Shown: positions 9,249-17,719, counted from the stretch's first letter. The stretch is DNA of 28,944 nt from Polyangiaceae bacterium (GCA_035456245.1 DATIDO010000550.1:1-28944); one strand, 5' to 3'. The notes: generated from the letters alone by a model not told the origin. Translations and numbers: made by a program.

Positions 9249-9298
9249 CACTCTGCCTCGGCGTACGACTCTACGACTCACGCACTCCCGCGCGCCGC

Positions 9299-9622
9299 TC
9301 AGGCGCGCACGAGATCGAGCAGCTTGTTCTTGGTGGTGAGGCCGACGTGCTGCTCGGCGCGCTGACCGTTCTTGAACACCATCACCGTGGGCACGCCACG
9401 CACGCCGTACTTGCCGGCCGTGAGCGGAGCGTCATCGATGTCGAGCTTGCCGACGATGGCTTCGCCGTCGAGCTCGGCCGCCACCTGATCGATGATCGGA
9501 GCGAGCGCGCGGCAGGGACCGCACCAGCTCGCGGTGAAGTCGACCAGCACGGGCTTGTCGGACTTGAGCACTTCCTGCTCGAAGTTGAGGTCGTTGAACA
9601 CCTGGACTTTTTCGCTCGCCAT
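9299..9622 (-). CDS. trxA: Thioredoxin
   Basis: VLVDFTASWCGPCRAL, GVRGVPT (cis-Pro loop); 107 aa. Confidence 0.96.
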   Translation of the reverse strand: MASEKVQVFNDLNFEQEVLKSDKPVLVDFTASWCGPCRALAPIIDQVAAELDGEAIVGKLDIDDAPLTAGKYGVRGVPTVMVFKNGQRAEQHVGLTTKNKLLDLVRA

Positions 9623-9937
9623 AGCCCGCGCAACATAACCCCCGATTGAGGCCGCGCAAGTGCAGCGCCGCCGGGCGCCCGCGGCGGCTCGGGGCTGCGC
9701 TCATCAATCCGAATGATGGGCAGCACAGAAAAACTGATGGCCCCGCGAAATGCAGGTCCTCGTCACGCGGCCCGGCGGCCCTACCGGATCTGCTACTTGC
9801 TGGTTTGTCGCGATAAATCGGGCGCCTGGCGGCGAACCGTCGCTCGCTCTAGCCTGCGCCGGCTCGGCCGAGCTGCGCTGTGCCCCTACGCGGCACGAGC
9901 CTCGGTATCGAGTCCAAACAATAGGATTGGAGTGCAC

Positions 9938-10258
9938 TTGGCAGACACCCTCCTCGGTGCGGGCCTCACCATCGACGGCAACTTGAAGAGCGACGGCAGC
10001 GTGCGGGTAGACGGCACCGTGCTGGGGCGCGTGGACGCGCGCGGCACGGTCGATCTGGGACCTGGCAGCTCGGTTGCTTCGGACGTGAGCGGTCTGCGCG
10101 TCACCGTCGCCGGCGCCGTCGCCGGCAACGTCGAGGCCAGCGAACGCGTCGACCTGCTGGCTGGCGCTCGGCTCACCGGCAACGTGCGGGCGCCGCGCCT
10201 CACCATCGCCGACGGCGCCAGCTTCCGCGGCAAGGTCGACATGGAGATGGGCGAATGA
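9938..10258 (+). CDS. Bactofilin (polymer-forming cytoskeletal protein), short BacO/BacN-like type
   Basis: TTG start at 9938 with GGAG at 9929-9932 giving MADTLLGAGLTIDGNL. Beta-helical repeats through GNVRAPRLTIADGASFRGKVDM. The upstream part of the listed 9713 ORF is not bactofilin-like. Confidence 0.88.
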   Translation: MADTLLGAGLTIDGNLKSDGSVRVDGTVLGRVDARGTVDLGPGSSVASDVSGLRVTVAGAVAGNVEASERVDLLAGARLTGNVRAPRLTIADGASFRGKVDMEMGE

Positions 10259-11130
10259 GCGACGAGCGAGGCGCTCGGCTGTCGTCCGTGTTGGGCGAGG
10301 ACACCCTCGTCCTCGGCAACGTGCGCGGCCAGGGCGATCTGGAAGTACGCGGCAAGGTGCAGGGCAACGTGAACGTGCGCGGGCGTGTGCTCGTGGCGCG
10401 CGGTGGTGTCGTGCTCGGCAAGATCGAGGCCATTCAGATCGGTGTCCAGGGCGAGGTCCGCGGTGATTTGGTCGCCGACGACGGCGTCAGCATCGGCCAG
10501 AGCGGCGACGTCGAGGGTCACATCGTGGCGCCTCGTGTTTCGATCGAAGCGGGCGCGCGCGTGCGGGGTCACCTGCGCACGGGCGGTACCGCCGAAGCGA
10601 GCGAGGAAGAGGACGCTCCGAGCCCGCGCGCGGCGGTAGCCGGCAACTCGGGAGCCGCCGCAGCCCCGCTCGAACGCCAGCCGCGTCCGACCCAGCCCGG
10701 ACCTGCGAGCGCTGCGACCGCCCCTGGGCGCGAGGCCTCGGACGAGCAGGAGTCAGCCGGGCGCCGACGACGCAAGCGGCGACGCGGCGGTGGCTCTGCT
10801 GGCGCGAACACTGCTGGCCCGAGCACTCCTGGCTCGAACACTGCGGCTTTGAACACTGCGGCTCCGAACGCTGGGAACGGCCCCGCAGCTGCCTCGACCG
10901 GTCCCGTCGCATCCAGCGCGAGCGCGCCGAGCACGCGCGCCGTGGAGCCGCGCCAACCGGCTGCACCGGCGCAGGGCTCACGCTCCACGCAGGGCTCTCT
11001 CTCGCCGCAGGGCTCACGCTCCACACAGGGCTCACGCTCCACGCAGAGCTCCCCGTCGGGGACCGCCGCCCAGCGCCTGCCCTCCATCCCCACGTTCGTG
11101 AAGGGCTCACACGGCCATCGCCGAGACTGA
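10255..11130 (+). CDS. Bactofilin with long low-complexity C-terminal tail (BacP-like architecture)
   Basis: ATGA overlap with the preceding bactofilin. Bactofilin domain SVLGEDTLVLGNVRGQGDLEVRGKVQG...APRVSIEAGARVRGHL, then about 180 aa of A/P/S/G/R-rich tail. Confidence 0.88.
   Translation: MSDERGARLSSVLGEDTLVLGNVRGQGDLEVRGKVQGNVNVRGRVLVARGGVVLGKIEAIQIGVQGEVRGDLVADDGVSIGQSGDVEGHIVAPRVSIEAGARVRGHLRTGGTAEASEEEDAPSPRAAVAGNSGAAAAPLERQPRPTQPGPASAATAPGREASDEQESAGRRRRKRRRGGGSAGANTAGPSTPGSNTAALNTAAPNAGNGPAAASTGPVASSASAPSTRAVEPRQPAAPAQGSRSTQGSLSPQGSRSTQGSRSTQSSPSGTAAQRLPSIPTFVKGSHGHRRD
10807..10881 (+). repeat. Imperfect 15-bp tandem repeat x5 in the bactofilin tail (NTAGP/STPGS/NTAAL/NTAAP/NAGNG)
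   Basis: aacactgctggcccg agcactcctggctcg aacactgcggctttg aacactgcggctccg aacgctgggaacggc, read directly. Confidence 0.8.
10971..11060 (+). repeat. Imperfect 18-bp tandem repeat x5 in the bactofilin tail (QGSRST-type)
   Basis: gcagggctcacgctccac gcagggctctctctcgcc gcagggctcacgctccac acagggctcacgctccac gcagagctccccgtcggg. Confidence 0.9.
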
Positions 11131-11141
11131 GCCGCTGTTCA

Positions 11142-11187
11142 TCTGCGAACCGACCTCCTCTGCGAACCGACCTTTTCCGCCCGACCT
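11142..11187 (+). repeat. Intergenic direct repeat upstream of pyrE
   Basis: tctgcgaaccgacct at 11142-11156 and 11159-11173 (exact 15-mer, period 17), plus a third CCGACCT core at 11181-11187. Confidence 0.85.
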
Positions 11188-11198
11188 TCCTCCAGCCC

Positions 11199-11762
11199 AT
11201 GACCGACTCGCGCACTCGCCTCATCGATCTGCTCCGTGACCTCAGCTTCCAGAAGAAGCGCGTCATCCTCGCCTCCGGACGAGAGAGCGACTTCTTCATC
11301 GACTGCAAGCAGACGATCCTCACGGCCGAGGGCCACGCTCTGGTCGGCGAGCTGATGTTCGAGGCCCTGAACGAGCTGGCCGGCCCGGGGCCGGTCGAGG
11401 CCGTCGGTGGCGTGGAGCTGGGTGGCTGCCCGCTGGCTTCGGCCGTTTCGCTGGTCAGCTTCCAGAAGGGTCGCCCGCTCCCTGCGCTCTACGTCCGCAA
11501 GGAGCGCAAGGACCACGGCTCGGCGAAGCGCATCGAGGGCGACCGCGCGCTCCGCCCCGGTCTGCGCGTGGCGCTGCTCGAAGACGTCGTCACGACCGGT
11601 GGTTCCAGCCTCAAGGCACTCGACGTGCTGCGTGAGGCCGGATGCGAAGTGGCCGGCATCGTGGCGCTGGTCGATCGGCTGGAGGGTGGCCGCGAGGCCA
11701 TCGAGGCCGCCGGCGTCAAACTGATCACGTTGGCGACCCGTCGGGATTTCCTGCCCGACTGA
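11199..11762 (+). CDS. pyrE: Orotate phosphoribosyltransferase
   Basis: LASGRESDFFIDCK, VRKERKDHG (catalytic loop), VALLEDVVTTGGS (PRPP-binding motif). Confidence 0.95.
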   Translation: MTDSRTRLIDLLRDLSFQKKRVILASGRESDFFIDCKQTILTAEGHALVGELMFEALNELAGPGPVEAVGGVELGGCPLASAVSLVSFQKGRPLPALYVRKERKDHGSAKRIEGDRALRPGLRVALLEDVVTTGGSSLKALDVLREAGCEVAGIVALVDRLEGGREAIEAAGVKLITLATRRDFLPD

Positions 11763-11789
11763 TTCCCGTCGCTCCGGTACGCCGGAGCT

Positions 11790-12947
11790 TCACACCCGCG
11801 GCAAGACGCGGCCTGCCACGAACTTCAGGTAACGACCTTCTTCGTGCGCGACCAGCACCGGATGATCGTCTGGCTGACCGATGTCGCGCACGATCTGGAA
11901 ACGTACGCGCGCCTTGCGTGCGGCGTCGACCAACAGTCTGCGGAAGAGCGCTGGCCCCACCTGTGAGGTGCACGACGCGGCGCACAGCATCCCCCCCGGC
12001 TCGGTCACCTTCAGCGCCAGAGTGAGCAGGCGCGTGTAGGCGCGCTCCGCCTGACGAAGTTGATCGCGGCTCTTGGCGAAGCTCGGCGGATCGCAGACGA
12101 CCAGATCGAAACGCTGCCCCTGACCTGCCGCGCGCTCGAGCCAATCGAAGGCGTCGACGGCCAAGCCGGTGTGCAACGAGAGGTCGAGGCCGTTCAGCTC
12201 GAAATTGCGGGCGCAGGCCGCAATGGCCGGGGCCGCGCTGTCGACGCTGACTACGTGCTGGGCGCCACCGAGCGCCGCTGCCACCGAAAAACCTCCGGTG
12301 TACGAGAACAGGTTCAGAACACGGGCCCCGGCCGCTCGCTCCCCCACGTAGCGACGGTTGTCGCGGTGATCGAAGAAGAGCCCGGTCTTCTGCCCGGCGA
12401 GCAGCTCGGCCTGCAGCTTCATCGCACCTTCGTGGATCACGACCGTGTCGGGCGGCGGCTCGCCGCACAGCAGCGTGAGGCGAACGCCATCGTCGTCCTT
12501 CGTGCGACGCACCACGCTGGTGGCACCGGCGATGTCCTGCACCGCTCGGGCAATGGCCGGCAGGAGCGCCCCGAGCGCCTTGGAATAGGTGACCATCACG
12601 GCGACCCGATCGTAGAGATCGACCACGATACCAGGCAGCTGATCGGCCTCACCGAACAGCAGGCGATAGCCGGTGACACCCGCACGCCGTACTGGTTCGC
12701 GCAGCGCCCAGGCGTCGGCCACACGCGCCCTCAGCCAGGCTTCGTCCGGGACTCCCTCGGTCGAGAAGATGCGCACGGCGATGGCCGACTCGGCGTCCCA
12801 CAGGCCGTAGGCGCTGAACGAGGCAGCGCGCACCCGCACCCAGCTGCCCGTCTTCTCGTTCACGTCACCGACGTGATCGCGGTAGACCCAGGGGTGGCCG
12901 CTGGCGAGGCCCACGGCGAGCGAGTCAGGGAGCCTGATTTCCTTCAC
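11790..12947 (-). CDS. rlmI: Class I SAM-dependent rRNA methyltransferase, RlmI (m5C1962)-like
   Basis: GTG start at 12947 (MKEIRLPDSLAVGLASGHPWVYRD, PUA-like start). GQKTGLFFDHRDNR, VLNLFSYTGGF, DLVVCDPPSF, AASCTS (catalytic Cys). Substrate specificity is inferred from the family only. Confidence 0.85.
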   Translation of the reverse strand: MKEIRLPDSLAVGLASGHPWVYRDHVGDVNEKTGSWVRVRAASFSAYGLWDAESAIAVRIFSTEGVPDEAWLRARVADAWALREPVRRAGVTGYRLLFGEADQLPGIVVDLYDRVAVMVTYSKALGALLPAIARAVQDIAGATSVVRRTKDDDGVRLTLLCGEPPPDTVVIHEGAMKLQAELLAGQKTGLFFDHRDNRRYVGERAAGARVLNLFSYTGGFSVAAALGGAQHVVSVDSAAPAIAACARNFELNGLDLSLHTGLAVDAFDWLERAAGQGQRFDLVVCDPPSFAKSRDQLRQAERAYTRLLTLALKVTEPGGMLCAASCTSQVGPALFRRLLVDAARKARVRFQIVRDIGQPDDHPVLVAHEEGRYLKFVAGRVLPRV

Positions 12948-13638
12948 GGCGGCGATTCGAGTCGTTCTGGTTGCCGTTGTCGAGCTGGGAGGCGCGTGGG
13001 GTCTCGGGCCGCTCATCGAGCCGGATCTCGAGCGGGATCGCGGCCAGGTGTCGCGCCACGCGCCGCACGCTCTCGTCCGTGCCCAGCCCAGCACCGAGGG
13101 GGCCGCTGCCCGTGGCCAAGAGGGACAGCGGGAACCAGGCGGCGTCGAGCGCGTCGTCCCCCTGCGCGATCTCGCGGGTCGAAGCGCGCAGCAGAATGCG
13201 TACGTCGTGGTGCAGGTGGGCGGGCTGCTCGCCGAACGCAGGGATGACGTGCACGTCGACGTCGAAGTGCGGCTCGAGCAAGGTCGCCTCGACGACCGAG
13301 GTCTCCTCGCGCAGCTCGCGCAGCGCCGCGGCAGTCAGATCGGCATCATCGGGCTCGATGTGACCGCCGGGCTGTAGCCAAAGGCCCAGCTTGGCGTGGC
13401 GGATCAGCAGCAGTTCGGCCCCGTCGGGTGAGAGCACGAAAGCACTGGCCGTGAAATGACCGGGCACGAAGTGATGGCGCGCGAAGGCCTCCTGGCCCCG
13501 TTCGATGAGCTCGAGCAGCGCGCGGCGATGGTCGTCTGCGAGCGGCCTTGCCCAGCGGCCGGAGCCCCAGGCAGGTCCGAGGCCGTTGCCACGAAGTGCC
13601 GCAGTCAGCGAGACGAGCAGCGCGCTCCTGTCGTTCAC
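12925..13638 (-). CDS. Nudix hydrolase
   Basis: GHFTASAFVL, LWLQPGGHIEPDDADLTAAALRELREETS (Nudix box), FDVDVH, HLHHDVR. GTG start at 13638 chosen; the upstream part of the listed ORF is an antisense shadow of rsgA. Confidence 0.88.
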   Translation of the reverse strand: MNDRSALLVSLTAALRGNGLGPAWGSGRWARPLADDHRRALLELIERGQEAFARHHFVPGHFTASAFVLSPDGAELLLIRHAKLGLWLQPGGHIEPDDADLTAAALRELREETSVVEATLLEPHFDVDVHVIPAFGEQPAHLHHDVRILLRASTREIAQGDDALDAAWFPLSLLATGSGPLGAGLGTDESVRRVARHLAAIPLEIRLDERPETPRASQLDNGNQNDSNRRREGNQAP

Positions 13639-13674
13639 GGACCGAGGCTGCCCGAGGCCCCCCCTCTCGGCAAG

Positions 13675-13680
13675 TTGACA
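13675..13680 (+). promoter_or_regulatory. Possible -35 hexamer (TTGACA) in the Nudix/rsgA divergent gap
   Basis: Exact TTGACA 30 nt upstream of the rsgA start, but no convincing -10 at 16-18 nt spacing. Confidence 0.25.
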
Positions 13681-13709
13681 GGCGGGCGCCTGCCGCCCAT
13701 GAGGAGCCG

Positions 13710-14777
13710 TTGCATCCCGACTTGCTCGCCCTGGGGTACTCGCCCTTCTTTGCCGAGCAGATGGCCCAGTTGCCGGACCACCTGCGGCCGGCGCGCGTGA
13801 CGGGACAGCACCGGCGCGAGTGGGACGTGGTGGGTGTCGATCTGGCTCGCCGAGCCGTCTTGGCCGGCAAGCGCTGGGCCGGGGACGATGTCGCTTTCGA
13901 CGAAGCTCAGCCCACGATCGGTGATTGGGTCGCGGTGCGTTTCCCGCCCGATGACGGCGCACCAATCATCGAGCACGTGCTGGAGCGGCGCACCGTGCTG
14001 GCTCGTGGAGCGGTCGCGCGCGCCGGTGTTCGCCAGCTCGTGGTGTCCAACGTCGATCGCGTCGCCATCGTGGCGGCCTTCGCCGCGCCCGGAGTGCAGC
14101 AGGCCGTCGCCATCCGCAGTCTCAACCCGCGCCGGATCGAGCGCTACCTGACGGCGACCCGCAAGGGCGGCGCCGAGCCGTTGGTCGTTCTGCACAAGGC
14201 CGACTTGGTTGCCGACGCGCCAGCTCGCGCGGCCGAGCTGGCCGAGCGACTCCACGGCGTTCCGGTCGTCGTCACCGACGCGATGAGCAAGAACGGACTC
14301 GACGCCCTGGCGGCCTACCTGGAACCCGGCCAGACGCTCGGGTTCGTCGGCCTCTCGGGTGTTGGTAAATCGACTTTGGTGAACCAACTCGTCGGTCGAG
14401 ACGCCCAGCGCACGTCGGCCGAACGCCAACGCGATGCCCGCGGTCGGCACACCACCACACACCGAGAACTGTTCGTGACTCCCGGTGGTTGGCTGCTCAT
14501 CGACACGCCCGGCATGCGCGAATTTGCCGTCGGCGACTCCGGCGACGCCGATCTGTCGGCCTTCGAGGACATCGTCGAGCTCGCAGCCGACTGCAGGTTC
14601 CGTGACTGTCGTCACGCGGGTGAGCCCGGCTGCGCCGTCGAAATCGCCGTCCGCGAAGGTCGATTGGCAACGGACCGTTTGGATAGCTACCGCAGCTTGG
14701 CAGACGAGCTGCGCGTAGCCGACGGTCGCGCCCTGCGTCGCGGCGGACCCGGGCAAAGAAAAGGCAAGCGATACTGA
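13710..14777 (+). CDS. rsgA: Ribosome small subunit-dependent GTPase A
   Basis: TTG start after GAGGAG (13701-13706). Circularly permuted GTPase: LHKAD (G4), GLSGVGKST (G1), GRHTTTHREL, DTPGMRE (G3), and the Zn finger CRFRDCRHAGEPGC. Confidence 0.94.
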   Translation: MHPDLLALGYSPFFAEQMAQLPDHLRPARVTGQHRREWDVVGVDLARRAVLAGKRWAGDDVAFDEAQPTIGDWVAVRFPPDDGAPIIEHVLERRTVLARGAVARAGVRQLVVSNVDRVAIVAAFAAPGVQQAVAIRSLNPRRIERYLTATRKGGAEPLVVLHKADLVADAPARAAELAERLHGVPVVVTDAMSKNGLDALAAYLEPGQTLGFVGLSGVGKSTLVNQLVGRDAQRTSAERQRDARGRHTTTHRELFVTPGGWLLIDTPGMREFAVGDSGDADLSAFEDIVELAADCRFRDCRHAGEPGCAVEIAVREGRLATDRLDSYRSLADELRVADGRALRRGGPGQRKGKRY

Positions 14778-14778
14778 C

Positions 14779-14799
14779 CGGCTCCCGCTTCGGGGGCCG
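14779..14799 (+). terminator. GC-rich hairpin just after the rsgA stop
   Basis: cggctcccg-ctt-cgggggccg (9 bp including one G:U); only a weak U-tract (ttcg) follows. Confidence 0.35.
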
Positions 14800-14997
14800 T
14801 TCGACCGCTCGATCGAGCCTCGCCGCTGCGTTGCTCGGGGTGTGCGACACGTCGTCGTCACCATCCGGATCGAAAAAAGGCAGTGCGCCGAGGGTTAAGT
14901 CTCGCGCAGGAGGGCCGTTCGTTCGCTGGAGGCGTGGCCTGACCCCCGCCCAGCGCGCCGCCGAGCGCCCGCCGCGACCCGCCGCACAGGATTCACG

Positions 14998-15717
14998 ATG
15001 AACCGCCCCGTACTTTTCGTTGGCCTCTCCGCTGAGGCGTTCGGCCCCATCCGCACCATCCTCCGAGGAGAGCCCTACGAGTTGCGCCGCGCCGAGAGCA
15101 TCCCCGACGCCTGGCAGCAGCTGGAGGAGACCAGCGTCGTCGTAGCCACCGACAGCCTGCCCCAAGGTGGGGCGAACTTCCTGGCCAGCGTTCGAACCGC
15201 TCACCCCCTCGTGGTGCGCGTACTGATTCTGGACTCGCAGCCTCAGCAGGTGCCGCTCGACGCGGTCAACCGCGCGGAGGTGTACCGCATCGTCCCCGCT
15301 CCCATCGACGCAACCCAACTGAACACCGTGCTGCGTCAAGCCGTCAGCGAAGCCCGTCGAATCGAAGCACGCGACACCGTCTGGGCAGCAGCACGGCAGC
15401 AACAGGCAGCCTTGGCGCTCCTGCGGGCCGGTGATCTGGAAGGACTGGGCGTGCCGTCTTCGAGCCGCACGCCGACCGAGGCCCCGCCATCGTCACGCTC
15501 ACGCTCGCTCGATCTGGGCGACGCACACGGACAGCGCCTGAGCCTGCGCGAGCGGGAGATTGTCGAAGCCCTGGGCTCGGGCCGACGGGTCAAGGACATC
15601 GCCAGCGATCTGATCATCAGCACGCACACGGTGCGCAATCACTTGAAGGCCATCTACCGCAAGCTGAACGTGCGCTCGCAGTTCGAGCTGCTCGGTCTCA
15701 TGGCCCGCAATCACTGA
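14998..15717 (+). CDS. LuxR-family HTH regulator with a degenerate N-terminal receiver domain
   Basis: C-terminal LSLREREIVEALGSGRRVKDIASDLIISTHTVRNHLKAIYRKLNVRSQFEL is a LuxR HTH. The N-terminus follows a receiver-like pattern (DAVNRAEVYRIVPAPIDATQL). Confidence 0.87.
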   Translation: MNRPVLFVGLSAEAFGPIRTILRGEPYELRRAESIPDAWQQLEETSVVVATDSLPQGGANFLASVRTAHPLVVRVLILDSQPQQVPLDAVNRAEVYRIVPAPIDATQLNTVLRQAVSEARRIEARDTVWAAARQQQAALALLRAGDLEGLGVPSSSRTPTEAPPSSRSRSLDLGDAHGQRLSLREREIVEALGSGRRVKDIASDLIISTHTVRNHLKAIYRKLNVRSQFELLGLMARNH

Positions 15718-15756
15718 GCTGCCCTACCGATCTGCCGGATCGCTCGGTTGCCCTGC

Positions 15757-17241
15757 TCAGCCGCCGCTGCGCAGGGCCTGGCCCGCGCGGCGCCCGGTGA
15801 GCTCCCCATCCCGAGCGGAGAGCGCGCCATTCACCCACACCGCCTCGATACCGAGCGGCGGTGTGCGCGGCTCGTCGTAGCTGGCCCGAGCGGCGATCTG
15901 CGCCGGATCGAACAGCACCAGATCGGCGTAGGCCCCCACCTCGATGCGGCCACGCTGCTTCAGACCGAAGCGCTCGCAAGGGAGTCGGGTCATGCGCTCG
16001 ATCATGCGCTCGATGGGCAGGACGCCCTGCTCGCGCACGTAGTGTCCCAGCAAACGCGCGAACGTCCCCCACAGCCGCGGGTGCGGCTTGCCTTCGCTGC
16101 TCGGGATCCCATCACTACCGAAGAGCGTGCGCGGGTGACGCATCACCGTGCGCACGTCGTCTTCGCTCATCGCGTGCACGATCACCCATGCTTGGTCGTC
16201 GAGGGCGAGCACGCGCTCGGCGGCGACTTGGACGTCGACGCCCCAGTCGGCCATGCAATGGGCGAGCGAGCGCCCCTCGAGTTCGGGGTGGTCGACGACG
16301 CTCGACAGCACGAGATCATCGGGCGAAAGGGTGCCCAGGCGCGAGGTGTTGGTGAACGCGTCGATCTCGACGATGGCGCGCAGAATCGTGCTCCCCGCCG
16401 TGTAGGGGTATTGGTCGAGCCACACGTCCGCGCCCCGCGCGACGGCGGCATCGACGCGCGCCAATGATTCCCGCACGCGCCCCCAGTTGTTCCGGCCGTG
16501 GGCCTTGTGATGGGAGAGCTGCAAGCCAACGCCGGCCTCTTCGGCCACACGCAATGCTTCGTCGACCGCATTCAGCAAGCGATCTGCTTCGTTGCGCAGG
16601 TGCGTCGCGTACACGGGAGCCCGCGGCACCAGCCGGCGACAGAGTTGGCTGAGCTCTCGCTCATCGGCGTAGCGCCCCGGCTCGTAAATGAGCCCACTGC
16701 TGAGGCCAACGACCCCAGCGTCCAAGGCCTCGTCCAACAGTCCTTCGAGCTCGCTCATTTCCCCAGCGGAAAGCGGCCCCTTGCTCGAAGGTGCCGCTGC
16801 GGCCCGCAGAGCTCCGTGACCAGCCAGCACTGCGAGATTGAGCGAGGGGCCCGCTTCGTCCAAGCGCGCCAGGTACCCACGGTAGCCGTCGTAGTCAGGT
16901 AGCTGACGTCCCGGGTGCATCCGCTCCAGCCAGTCGCCGGCCCCGCGACGCGGCGCCGCACCGATCCCGCAGTTTCCCACGACCTCGCTCGTCACTCCTT
17001 GGAGCAGCTTGAACCCGAGTTCGGGCTGCAAGAGCGCAGCGAAGTCGTCGTGAGAATGAACATCCACGAAACCGGGCGACAGGGCCTTACGACGGGCCGA
17101 CAGCTCGTTGGCCGCCAGTCCCAGGCCGACCCCAATCGCTTCGATCCGCTGGCCGCACAGTGCCACGTCGGCGACGAACGGCGCGCTGCCGCTCCCGTCG
17201 TAGACCGTCGCATCACGAATGGCCCAGTCGTAGCGCTTCAT
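15757..17241 (-). CDS. N-acyl-D-amino-acid deacylase (D-aminoacylase), amidohydrolase superfamily
   Basis: PGFVDVHSHDD, VVGNCG, THLRNE, SHHK, DQYPYTAGST, FGSDG, PHPRLWGTFARLLG, GAYADLVLFDP. Start is ATG 17241 or GTG 17250. Confidence 0.92.
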   Translation of the reverse strand: MKRYDWAIRDATVYDGSGSAPFVADVALCGQRIEAIGVGLGLAANELSARRKALSPGFVDVHSHDDFAALLQPELGFKLLQGVTSEVVGNCGIGAAPRRGAGDWLERMHPGRQLPDYDGYRGYLARLDEAGPSLNLAVLAGHGALRAAAAPSSKGPLSAGEMSELEGLLDEALDAGVVGLSSGLIYEPGRYADERELSQLCRRLVPRAPVYATHLRNEADRLLNAVDEALRVAEEAGVGLQLSHHKAHGRNNWGRVRESLARVDAAVARGADVWLDQYPYTAGSTILRAIVEIDAFTNTSRLGTLSPDDLVLSSVVDHPELEGRSLAHCMADWGVDVQVAAERVLALDDQAWVIVHAMSEDDVRTVMRHPRTLFGSDGIPSSEGKPHPRLWGTFARLLGHYVREQGVLPIERMIERMTRLPCERFGLKQRGRIEVGAYADLVLFDPAQIAARASYDEPRTPPLGIEAVWVNGALSARDGELTGRRAGQALRSGG

Positions 17242-17597
17242 GAGACCCACGCACTCCCCATTTTTCGATCCACGAACGATTCGTTGCCTGGCTTTTCGGG
17301 GCCGGCCCGTCTTCCACTCGTCGCCTCGCGGTTCCAGTTCTTTCAGTAGCAGCTGGACCCTCCGCTCGGGACCGCTGCGGACCGGCCGCGCACAAATTAC
17401 TCACGTGAGACGGGAACCTACGAATTTCCGAAGACTTTTTCCCGCTTGGCACCTCGTCTCGACTCGGACGAACAGGCGGCCGCGCCAGCGCACACATGGC
17501 GAGGCGCTCTCGCTGACCGCTCACAGCCGCTCGAATTGCGGCCTTCTCGCAGCTCTCACGACACTGGGGTGTAGGCGGATATCACCAAGACCTCTCC

Positions 17598-17625
17598 TGG
17601 ACACCCTTCATCCTAGAATCATAAT
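17598..17625 (+). promoter_or_regulatory. Putative sigma70-type promoter for the small basic protein
   Basis: TGGACA (17598-17603), 16-nt spacer, CATAAT (17620-17625); each hexamer is 5/6 to consensus, in a locally AT-rich patch. Confidence 0.55.
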
Positions 17626-17719
17626 GCGTGAGGCGCCGCGGAGATTCGACCCGGCAGGTGGGGGTGGGCCCGGTGGAAACCGGGTGATGAGAACCTGATG
17701 AACGAAGGAAAGACGAACC

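Noticed and set aside
9699-9721. 8-bp hairpin in the trxA/bactofilin divergent region as a riboswitch or ncRNA
   Set aside because: No recognisable riboswitch or SRP/6S/RNase P signature; a single small stem is insufficient.
9713-9937. N-terminal extension of the first bactofilin in the ORF track
   Set aside because: Not bactofilin-like; a TTG with a GGAG RBS at 9938 gives a start matching known bactofilins.
17447-17464. TGGCAC as a possible sigma54 -24 element
   Set aside because: No TTGC/GC at the -12 position.
17640-17656. GAGATTCGAC resembling a tRNA T-loop or tmRNA 5' motif
   Set aside because: No complementary T-stem, acceptor stem or GGGG 5' end; no cloverleaf.
17695-17718. CTGATGA...GAAA resembling a hammerhead ribozyme core
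   Set aside because: No stem II can form between CUGAUGA and GAAA, and the segment doubles as the RBS.
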